DNA from: Minisyncoccota bacterium
GTDB lineage: Bacteria > Patescibacteriota > Minisyncoccia > Phycocordibacterales > UBA9973
Assembly (NCBI GenBank): GCA_035403785.1
Contig: DAONFW010000002.1
Location: forward strand, 12,676 to 76,675
Reading direction: 5' to 3'
Length of the DNA: 64,000 nt
Shown: piece by piece, positions 57,049 to 64,000 of the stretch
Layout of the letters: each line of letters opens with the position of its first letter
Position numbering within the stretch: position 1 is the first letter of the stretch
Notes under the pieces: generated by a model
Databases searched by the model: none
What the model saw: the letters and a program-made list of their open reading frames with translations, nothing else
What the model was told of the DNA's origin: nothing
Translations under genes and position numbers: made by a program

Positions 57049-58212
57049 TTATGGCATCAGCTGTTTTGTTATTGATTTTACTAGGTTTTTTAGATCTTTG
57101 AATGTCCCTTGAACTGAACTAGAATTATAATTCTCGCTAGTTTTACAAGAGATAACCAAACCTAAAACAACAAACCAAGCTGGATCTCGAAGTTTAGTTT
57201 TTACAATCCCGAAGAAGTCTGTTGTGCCAACTTTCGATGGAAGCTTGAGATGAGATTTAGAAGTTTCTTCTAATTTATTTATTCCTGATCCGCCACCGAT
57301 GAATACAACACCAGCTGGCAATAATTCATTTCTTTTTATTTTTTTCAAATGATTTTCTACTAGTTCAAAAATATCTGAAAGACGAGCGATAATAATTTCG
57401 TCTAATTTTTTCTTTGAAAATTCTTCTGGGTCATTTTTTACTTTCATGACTTCTGCTCTTTCTAAAGGAATTTTCAAACCCAAAGCAATATCGTTTGTGA
57501 TGTCAGATGAGCCAATAGAAAAAGTATGCAAATATACAGGCAATCCGTTTTCAAATATTGTCATAGAAACAGTTTCTGCTCCGATATTTATCAATCCGGC
57601 ACCAACCATTTTTTGTCTTTCAGAAAGAGCTAAGCAACTTCCAGCAATAGAAGAAGCAATAATGTCTATTGTTTCTACACCGGCTTCAGCGATAACAGAT
57701 AATAAATCATCTACATGTTGAGTTGAGCAGGTGATATAAAGCACTTTTGCTTCCAATTTGTTTCCGCGCATGCCTTCTGGTCTGCCGAGAACTTCTTTTC
57801 CGTCTAGTTTATACGAAATAGGGAACATTTGGATTATCTTTCTGTTTCCTAAATTTAAATTATTTTCACTTTCTTCAATTGCTTTTTTTACATCTAGATT
57901 CGTCACTTCGCTGTCTGCTTTTGTAATGACAGCCGCACCGGTACTTGATTCGGATTTTAAAGTTACACTGTTTATTGAAACAAAAGCTCTTTTTATTTTT
58001 AGTCCAGAACTTTTTTCAGCCATCGCAACTGCTTTTTTTACTGAGTTTACAGCGTCAGAAAAATTCACCACGTATCCATGGCGAACGCCTTTTGTTTCTG
58101 ATTCTCCAATTCCAATAATCTTAGGATTTTTTTCTCCCTTTAGAAATTCTCCCACCACGACTCTCGTCATTGATGAGCCTACATCGATTCCGATAGAAAT
58201 ATTTCTGATCAT
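57049..58212 (-). CDS. ftsA: Cell-division protein FtsA
   Basis: Actin-fold phosphate-1 motif ISIGIDVGSSMTRVVVGEF at the N-terminus. The ORF opens at 58242; the start is probably Met11 at 58212. It overlaps the ybeY 3' end by about 90 nt. Confidence 0.85.
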   Translation of the reverse strand: MIRNISIGIDVGSSMTRVVVGEFLKGEKNPKIIGIGESETKGVRHGYVVNFSDAVNSVKKAVAMAEKSSGLKIKRAFVSINSVTLKSESSTGAAVITKADSEVTNLDVKKAIEESENNLNLGNRKIIQMFPISYKLDGKEVLGRPEGMRGNKLEAKVLYITCSTQHVDDLLSVIAEAGVETIDIIASSIAGSCLALSERQKMVGAGLINIGAETVSMTIFENGLPVYLHTFSIGSSDITNDIALGLKIPLERAEVMKVKNDPEEFSKKKLDEIIIARLSDIFELVENHLKKIKRNELLPAGVVFIGGGSGINKLEETSKSHLKLPSKVGTTDFFGIVKTKLRDPAWFVVLGLVISCKTSENYNSSSVQGTFKDLKNLVKSITKQLMP

Positions 58213-58573
58213 ATTTTTTTTCTGCTCTCTCCATTTTATCACTATGTTCCATTCCTTTCAAATGTAGCATCCCGTGGATAACTAAAAATCCGATCATTTC
58301 TTTCAAATTTCTATCAAAATCTTTAAGTTGCGTTTTTACAATATTCGGACAAATCAAAATTTCTCCTTCGGTTTTTGAAAGGCAAAAAGATAAAATATTA
58401 GTCGGATTATTTTTATTTCTATATCTGTTATTAAATTCTTGAGATTGCTTTTCTGTTACAAAAACAATTGAGAGTTCAAATTTTTCTCCCAAGATATCTT
58501 TTTTTATATTAGAAAAAGGCAAGCTTGGTAGCTTGCACTTCGTCTTATTTATTACAGATAGATTTTCAGACAT
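58121..58573 (-). CDS. ybeY: Endoribonuclease YbeY
   Basis: 150 aa. Zn-binding HGMLHLKGMEH (H3xH5xH). Confidence 0.8.
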   Translation of the reverse strand: MSENLSVINKTKCKLPSLPFSNIKKDILGEKFELSIVFVTEKQSQEFNNRYRNKNNPTNILSFCLSKTEGEILICPNIVKTQLKDFDRNLKEMIGFLVIHGMLHLKGMEHSDKMERAEKKYDQKYFYRNRCRLINDESRGGRISKGRKKS

Positions 58574-58591
58574 TTGTTGTTCTGTTAAGTC

Positions 58592-58819
58592 TTATCTTAT
58601 TTTTCCAAGTTTTCTTAGTTTTTCTATTTCTGAGCGTCTCTGGATTCTCTTTAGTGTTGCTTTCTTTATCTTAACTTTTGATTCTTTTCTTTCGTTATAT
58701 CTGTTATTTTTTACTTTTGGAATAATACTTGATTCTTGAACTTTACGAGAAAAACGACGTAACACAGACGCGTTGTTTTCGTTTTGATTTTTCTTAACTT
58801 CTATTACTACTTTTGCCAT
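58592..58819 (-). CDS. rpsU: 30S ribosomal protein S21
   Basis: 75 aa, very basic. ...ASVLRRFSRKVQESSII...ERKESKVKIKKATLKRIQRR pattern. Confidence 0.7.
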   Translation of the reverse strand: MAKVVIEVKKNQNENNASVLRRFSRKVQESSIIPKVKNNRYNERKESKVKIKKATLKRIQRRSEIEKLRKLGKIR

Positions 58820-58941
58820 ATAGTCTATAGATTATCATAAAAAAAAATTATGGCAAGTAAGCCAGAATAAAACATCTTGCTTTTTAATAATATTATGAAA
58901 ATTAAGTAGACTTTTGGCTTAAAAAAAGTTAAGATTCATTT

Positions 58942-59409
58942 ATGTCAAAAAGTGGAGATTATATAACAGAAGAAAAAAAGAAAGCCCTTGAATTAGAGCT
59001 AGAAGATTTAAAAGGACCCAAAAGAATGGATCTTTTGGCAAAATTACAGTATGCAAAATCTCTTGGAGATCTTTCAGAAAACGCAGAATATCATCAAGTC
59101 AGAGAAGATCAGTCCAAGTTGGAAGCTAGAATTCAAAAGATCGAGCAGGTTTTGAAGTCTTCAGAAATTATTAAAGCAACAGGTGGAGATACTGTAGAAG
59201 TGGGCTCAAAAGTTTTAGTTCAAAAAGAAGGTACTAATGAAGAGAAGACTTATCAGATAGTTGGCTCAGAAGAAGCTGACACTTTAAACGGAAAAATTTC
59301 TAATAAATCACCAATCGGTGAAGCTTTGTATGGAAAGAAAAAAGGTGAAACTATTTCTTTCAAAACTCCAGGTGGAGTTGTTAATTACAAAATAATAAAC
59401 GTTTACTAA
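58942..59409 (+). CDS. greA: Transcription elongation factor GreA
   Basis: 155 aa. N-terminal coiled coil with an acidic tip (LGDLSENAEYH), C-terminal FKBP-like domain. Confidence 0.85.
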   Translation: MSKSGDYITEEKKKALELELEDLKGPKRMDLLAKLQYAKSLGDLSENAEYHQVREDQSKLEARIQKIEQVLKSSEIIKATGGDTVEVGSKVLVQKEGTNEEKTYQIVGSEEADTLNGKISNKSPIGEALYGKKKGETISFKTPGGVVNYKIINVY

Positions 59410-59446
59410 TTAATTTAATTTTTTAGAAAATAAAAACAAAAAGTAT

Positions 59447-60913
59447 ATGTCATCAATAGATGAAATTAGAGATGCGAGAATAAAAAAACTTGAGCTCTTA
59501 AAACAGAAGGGAATAAATCCATATCCAGCTGAAACAAAAAGAGAAATTTCTGTTAAAGAAGTTTTAGAGCAATTTGAAAATTTTGAAAAGTCTCCAGAAG
59601 AGCATCGTTGGATTGCTGGAAGAATAATGTCTATCAGAGGTCAGGGGGCTATTATCTTTTTAACTATCAATGATGGTACTGGTTCTTTTCAGGTTTTGCT
59701 AAAAAGAGATTCGTTAGAAGCTGATAAGTTTGAGCTTTTTAATGAAACTGTAGACATTGGAGATTTTGTTGAAGTTTACGGAAGTTTTTTTGTTACAAAA
59801 AGAGGAGAAAAAACGTTAGAAGCAAAAAATTGGGGAATACTTTCAAAAAGTTTGCGACCACTTCCAGAAAAATGGCACGGTTTGCAAGATGCTGAAGAAA
59901 GATTCAGAAAGCGATATTTAGATATTTTGATGAATCCAGAAATAAAAGATCTTTTTGAGAAAAAAGCCAAATTCTGGGATGTTGTGAGAAAATTTTTGAA
60001 AGACAGAGGATTTTTGGAAGTTGAAACACCAACTATTGAAATAACAACAGGGGGTGCTGAAGCAAATCCTTTTAAAACGCACCATAAAGATTTTGACGTA
60101 GATGTGTTCATGAGAATATCTGTGGGAGAACTTTGGCAAAAAAGATTAATGGCTGCTGGTTTTCCAAAAACCTTTGAAATCGGTAGAGTTTACAGAAACG
60201 AAGGAAGCAGCGCAGAACATCTTCAAGAATTTACTAATATGGAATTTTATTGGGCTTACGCTGATTATCAAAAAGGTATGAAATTAGTGCAAGAACTTTA
60301 TCAAAAAATTGCACTTGAAGTTTTTGGTAAAACAGAATTTGAAACTCGTGGACACAAATTTGATTTGAGCGGTGATTGGCCAATGATAGACTACCGTGAT
60401 GAAATTTTGAAGCAAACAGGAATTGATGTTCTAGAATCTTCTGAAAAAGAAATGGCAGAAAAATTAGACGAACTTGGTGTGCGATACGAAGGAAATAACA
60501 GAGAAAGATTAATGGATACACTTTGGAAATACTGTAGAAAAAATGTTGCAGGCCCAGCATTTCTTGTGCATCATCCAAAATTAGTTTCGCCGCTTTCAAA
60601 ATCTTGTTCTGAAAATCCTGAGCTTACAGAACGTTTTCAGATCATTATTGCTGGTAGTGAAGTCGGTAATGGATTTTCTGAATTAAACGATCCAATAGAT
60701 CAGGGTAACAGATTTGATACACAACAAAAGTTGATAGACAGGGGAGATGAAGAAGCCATGATGCCAGAATGGGATTTCGTTGAAATGCTAGAACACGGCA
60801 TGCCACCGACTTGTGGTTTTGGATTTGGAGAAAGACTGTTCGCTTTCATGGTAGATAAACCAATTCGTGATGTGCAGCTTTTCCCATTAATGAAACCAAA
60901 ACAAGAAGAATAA
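59447..60913 (+). CDS. lysS: Lysyl-tRNA synthetase (class II)
   Basis: 488 aa. N-terminal OB anticodon-binding domain, class II motifs (FLEVETP, RNEGSSAEHLQEFTNMEFY, GFGFGERL). Confidence 0.9.
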   Translation: MSSIDEIRDARIKKLELLKQKGINPYPAETKREISVKEVLEQFENFEKSPEEHRWIAGRIMSIRGQGAIIFLTINDGTGSFQVLLKRDSLEADKFELFNETVDIGDFVEVYGSFFVTKRGEKTLEAKNWGILSKSLRPLPEKWHGLQDAEERFRKRYLDILMNPEIKDLFEKKAKFWDVVRKFLKDRGFLEVETPTIEITTGGAEANPFKTHHKDFDVDVFMRISVGELWQKRLMAAGFPKTFEIGRVYRNEGSSAEHLQEFTNMEFYWAYADYQKGMKLVQELYQKIALEVFGKTEFETRGHKFDLSGDWPMIDYRDEILKQTGIDVLESSEKEMAEKLDELGVRYEGNNRERLMDTLWKYCRKNVAGPAFLVHHPKLVSPLSKSCSENPELTERFQIIIAGSEVGNGFSELNDPIDQGNRFDTQQKLIDRGDEEAMMPEWDFVEMLEHGMPPTCGFGFGERLFAFMVDKPIRDVQLFPLMKPKQEE

Positions 60914-60937
60914 AAAATAATAAAATTAAAATAAAAA

Positions 60938-60957
60938 ACCCAAGCGTAATGCAAGGG
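60938..60957. terminator. Weak hairpin between lysS (+) and the convergent 96-aa gene (-)
   Basis: CCCAAGCG-TAAT-GCAAGGG (imperfect) flanked by A6 and T6/T7 runs. Confidence 0.3.
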
Positions 60958-60981
60958 TTTTTTGTTTTTTTGCTGTAAAAG

Positions 60982-61272
60982 CTACCAACGAACGTTAGTT
61001 CCTTTAATATACACAAGATGAGCAGTACCGTATTTTTTTGGTTGCTTTTTTCTTCTTTTTACAATTTCTTCTAACCGTTTTAGCTCTTTTGTTGTAGCGG
61101 CGGTTGAGAATATATTTAAATTTCCCGATTTACTTTTTTTCTTGTGCCTTTTGAAGGCGGAAATGGTGAGGAAAGTGCCAATAATAAAAGCAACTGTTGC
61201 TGCAACGAGTAGAATCCATCCAAAGGTAGAGATTCCGCTCAAAAAATTTAAAAGTGTTTCAAACGTTTTCAT
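60982..61272 (-). CDS. Hypothetical small membrane protein
   Basis: 96 aa. One TM (ISTFGWILLVAATVAFIIGTFLTI), then a basic tail. Confidence 0.35.
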   Translation of the reverse strand: MKTFETLLNFLSGISTFGWILLVAATVAFIIGTFLTISAFKRHKKKSKSGNLNIFSTAATTKELKRLEEIVKRRKKQPKKYGTAHLVYIKGTNVRW

Positions 61273-61507
61273 TTTTTTTGTCCTCCTTGTTTTTTATTGT
61301 TTAATTAATATTTTTTTTGAAATTTTTAACAATAGTCTTCAATGAAGATATTGTCGAATTTTGGCTCCACTGTTTCTTCATCGTCAGGTGTAGGAACAGG
61401 AAATAAGAGTTGTTCAAGTTGGTCCATATGTTCACTATTTAAGTTTTCAATGTAAAATTTACTTTAAGTATACAATAGAATTATAAAAAAGCAAGGGAAA
61501 TAAAAAA

Positions 61508-61535
61508 GATCTGTTACACGAGTGTGTAACAGATC
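61508..61535 (-). terminator. Terminator hairpin (perfect palindrome)
   Basis: GATCTGTTACAC-GAGT-GTGTAACAGATC: a 12-bp stem. On the minus strand it is followed by a T-run. Confidence 0.55.
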
Positions 61536-61552
61536 AAGATTTGGGAAATGAA

Positions 61553-61834
61553 TTAATCAATAAATGCAGTTCCGTGTTTTTTGTCTCCAAATGCTTCCCA
61601 GAGACGAAGACGGTTTATTTCTTCGGGAGTGCGACTAGCCAGCCATTCGGCGGCTTCGTTTTTTGTTTCTTTTTTTGTTTTAATATTTAAATAAATTAAT
61701 TCGACAACAATAAACATTGTCATACCAATCCCGATAAGGGTAGTAAGGTTTTCAGAGAAAAAAACTAATGCGGTTTTCATGGTTGCTCCTTCTTTTTTAA
61801 AATTATTTATATATAAAAAAACTAAAATTTTCAA
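61553..61834 (-). CDS. Hypothetical small membrane protein
   Basis: 93 aa. One TM (LIGIGMTMFIVVELIYL). Confidence 0.35.
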   Translation of the reverse strand: MKILVFLYINNFKKEGATMKTALVFFSENLTTLIGIGMTMFIVVELIYLNIKTKKETKNEAAEWLASRTPEEINRLRLWEAFGDKKHGTAFID

Positions 61835-62003
61835 AACTCTAAAGCCAATATATCATATATTAATTAAAATGTCAATAGAAAAATAAAAAACCTGAGTTAT
61901 CCACAGAATTCGGGGGATTTTGGTTTGCTGTTATATATGAATAGTTTATAATATATCAAGTGGGAAAAAGTGGGAAATTAAAAAATAACTTATAAAAAAC
62001 TTT

Positions 62004-62444
62004 ATGCTTATTGGAGAATACACACATACAATAGACGAAAAAAATAGAGTTTCTTTGCCTGCAAAATTTAGAAAAGAAATGGGCAAAAAAGTTATTCTCA
62101 CCCCGGGATTAGATAAATGTTTGTTCGTTTTCACAATGAAAGAATGGAAAAAAGTTTCTAAAAGACTTTCTGATTCAGAAAGTGAATTATCTTTTTTGAA
62201 AGCAGATAAAAGAAGTTTTAACAGATATATGTTCGGTAGAGCAATTGATGTTGAAGTAGATTCTATCGGAAGAATTTTAGTACCAGATTTTTTGAAAGAA
62301 ATAATTAATCCAAATGGAAAAGTAACAGTGATTGGCGTGCAGGATAGATTGGAAATTTGGAACGATAAAGTTTGGGTTGAATATAAAGAAAATATCAGTA
62401 AAACAGCAGGGCAATTAGCAGAAAATCTTAGTAACGAAAAATAA
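62004..62444 (+). CDS. mraZ: Transcriptional regulator MraZ
   Basis: 146 aa. Duplicated DxxxR-containing halves (IDEKNRVSLPAKFR ... VDSIGRILVP). Confidence 0.85.
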   Translation: MLIGEYTHTIDEKNRVSLPAKFRKEMGKKVILTPGLDKCLFVFTMKEWKKVSKRLSDSESELSFLKADKRSFNRYMFGRAIDVEVDSIGRILVPDFLKEIINPNGKVTVIGVQDRLEIWNDKVWVEYKENISKTAGQLAENLSNEK

Positions 62445-62480
62445 TCAGAATAATTAACGGATAGTTAAATAGTAAAAAAG

Positions 62481-63431
62481 ATGAAAGAAGAAAAAGAAGG
62501 AAAAACAGAAACGGGTGAAGTGATTAGTAGTGTGCATAAGACAGTTCTTTTAAATGAAACAATAGATGGTTTGAATTTATCAGCCAAATCAAGAGCAGAG
62601 ATGACTGTTCTAGATGGAACTTTTGGTGGTGGTGGTCATAGTGCAGAAATCTGCAGAAAGTTTCCAGGGATAAAAATAATTGCTATCGATCAAGATAAAA
62701 GTGCTTTTAAGAAAGCTGAAAATAAATTCAAAGGTTTAAACTGCAAGCTTTCATTACACAATGTAAATTTTAAAGATTTGGCTGAAGTTTTGAAAGAAGA
62801 AGGAGTAGAAAAAGTTGATGGAATAATTCTTGATTTAGGTTTAAGTTCAGACCAGTTAGAAAATTCAGGACGAGGTTTTTCTTTTATGAAAGACGAGCCG
62901 TTATTGATGACGATGAAAGCAAGTCCAACTCCTGAAGATTTAACTGCTATCGATGTGGTAAATACTTGGGAAGAAAAAAATTTGGCAGATGTGATTTACG
63001 GTTATGGTGAAGAAAAATATGCCAGAAGAATCGCTCGAGAGATTGTCGCGGCTAGAAAAAATAAAAAGATAGAAACTACTTTTGATTTAGTTGAAATTAT
63101 AAAGAAAGCAGTGCCAGTTGGTTACCAGAGAGGAAGATTACATTTTGTCACAAGAACATTTCAGGCAATAAGAATAGCAGTAAATAACGAGTTGGGTGTC
63201 TTACAAGAAGGTTTGGTAAATGGGTTCGAAGTTTTGAAAGAAGGAGGAAGAATGTCAGTCATCTCATTTCACAGTTTAGAAGATAGAATCGTAAAAAATT
63301 TTTATAAACAGAAAGTAAAAGAAAGTAAAGCAGTATTAGTAAATAAAAAACCGATCTTGGCTTCAGATGAAGAACAAAAAGATAATCCAAGATCAAGAAG
63401 CGCAAAATTAAGAGTTTTAGAAAAAATTTAA
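62481..63431 (+). CDS. rsmH: 16S rRNA (cytosine1402-N4)-methyltransferase RsmH (MraW)
   Basis: 316 aa. VLDGTFGGGGHS, ILDLGLSSDQL, FHSLEDRIVK signatures. Confidence 0.9.
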   Translation: MKEEKEGKTETGEVISSVHKTVLLNETIDGLNLSAKSRAEMTVLDGTFGGGGHSAEICRKFPGIKIIAIDQDKSAFKKAENKFKGLNCKLSLHNVNFKDLAEVLKEEGVEKVDGIILDLGLSSDQLENSGRGFSFMKDEPLLMTMKASPTPEDLTAIDVVNTWEEKNLADVIYGYGEEKYARRIAREIVAARKNKKIETTFDLVEIIKKAVPVGYQRGRLHFVTRTFQAIRIAVNNELGVLQEGLVNGFEVLKEGGRMSVISFHSLEDRIVKNFYKQKVKESKAVLVNKKPILASDEEQKDNPRSRSAKLRVLEKI

Positions 63432-63468
63432 AAGTTAAAAATTATCAATAAAATTTAAAAATAAAATT

Positions 63469-63834
63469 ATGAAAACAGCAAAAGTAAAAATTCAAAAATA
63501 TACGAAAGGAGTAAGTAGTGTAAGTATTGTGAACAACAACGGTTTGGAAAGAAATATTTTGCGTGGAATTTTGGCTTCTGCAGGAGTTCTTGCCGCGTGT
63601 TATGTTTTCATAATGGGGAACATGGTCTTCAATATCATTGAAAGACGCGCTCTCGAATCTGATGCACGTGAGCTGACAAATCAGGTTGGAGAACTAGAAT
63701 TGCAGTATTTAAATATTTCAAAAAGTGTAGATTTGTCTTTGGCTGCCTCAAAAGGATTTAAAGAAACTGACACGAAAAAATTTGCTACTAGAAAATCTCT
63801 TGGAAGTATAAGTTTTGCTAAAAATGAGCTCTAA
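63469..63834 (+). CDS. FtsL-like small bitopic protein (by position in the mraZ-rsmH-ftsL-ftsI cluster)
   Basis: 121 aa. One TM (ILASAGVLAACYVFIMGNMVF) followed by a coiled-coil (ELTNQVGELELQYLN). The assignment rests mainly on gene order. Confidence 0.4.
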   Translation: MKTAKVKIQKYTKGVSSVSIVNNNGLERNILRGILASAGVLAACYVFIMGNMVFNIIERRALESDARELTNQVGELELQYLNISKSVDLSLAASKGFKETDTKKFATRKSLGSISFAKNEL

Positions 63835-64000
63835 TTCTCTTTTTAGAACAAAATTCGTATCTTTTTTTATCTTAGCTTTCGCTTTAATTTTAATTGGAAA
63901 GCTTTTTCTCGTTCAGATAGTGCACAAAAATTCTTATTCAGAAAAAGCCGACAGACAGTATGCCACACCATCTTCAAATATTTTTGAAAGAGGCACTATT
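63824..64000 (+). CDS. Peptidoglycan transpeptidase FtsI/PBP2-class (5' partial, runs off window)
   Basis: ATG at 63824. MSSNSLFRTKFVSFFILAFALILIGKLFLVQIVHKNSYSEKADRQYATPSSNIFERGTI... is the typical PBP N-terminal TM plus the Y-x-x-x-A-x-x-Q dimerisation-domain start. Overlaps the previous stop by 11 nt. Confidence 0.55.
   Translation, partial: MSSNSLFRTKFVSFFILAFALILIGKLFLVQIVHKNSYSEKADRQYATPSSNIFERGTI

Noticed and set aside
61338-61439. 33-codon acidic minus-strand mini-ORF (MDQLEQLLFPVPTPDDEETVEPKFDNIFIEDYC)
   Set aside because: Too short, no clear RBS, and no recognisable family. Noted only because it lies in an otherwise empty 280-bp spacer.

Overview
This is a low-GC (about 30-33% by eye), gene-dense bacterial chromosome segment that reads cleanly under the standard genetic code. 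It has many short membrane/hypothetical proteins, a minimal IF-2 and compact aminoacyl-tRNA synthetases. By inference this fits a reduced-genome (Patescibacteria/CPR-like) bacterium. I see about 65 protein genes and 11 tRNAs, with no rRNA and no CRISPR array. Housekeeping blocks are rbfA-infB, clpB, ychF-GT2-tsaC-methyltransferase, leuS, murJ, lepA, a lower-glycolysis operon (pyk-eno-gpmI), valS-tsaD, trxB, ftsZ-ftsA-ybeY-rpsU, greA-lysS and mraZ-rsmH-ftsL-ftsI (partial). Notable non-routine content: (1) a tandem array of five VirB2/TrbC-like pilin paralogs (1440-3994); (2) a leuS gene carrying an in-frame Nudix-box domain inserted in its CP1 region; (3) a secreted tail-fibre-like protein with 14-residue repeats and a Peptidase-S74-type C-terminal auto-chaperone, placed beside a Wzy_C-TPR membrane protein and MurJ; (4) a secreted FN3-GLUG-peptidoglycan-binding protein; (5) two pyruvate kinase paralogs, one a minimal A-domain-only version, flanking tRNA-Gly; (6) a probable decayed integrative island at about 49.3-52.9 kb. 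That island holds roughly 105-bp imperfect direct repeats carrying TCTCGNGAGA palindromes around an HD hydrolase gene, a higher-GC ORF, a 52-codon serine-recombinase N-terminal remnant, and tRNA-Glu/tRNA-Ser with a partial 5' tRNA-Ser duplication. Everything was read from the sequence and ORF track by eye; no searches were run.
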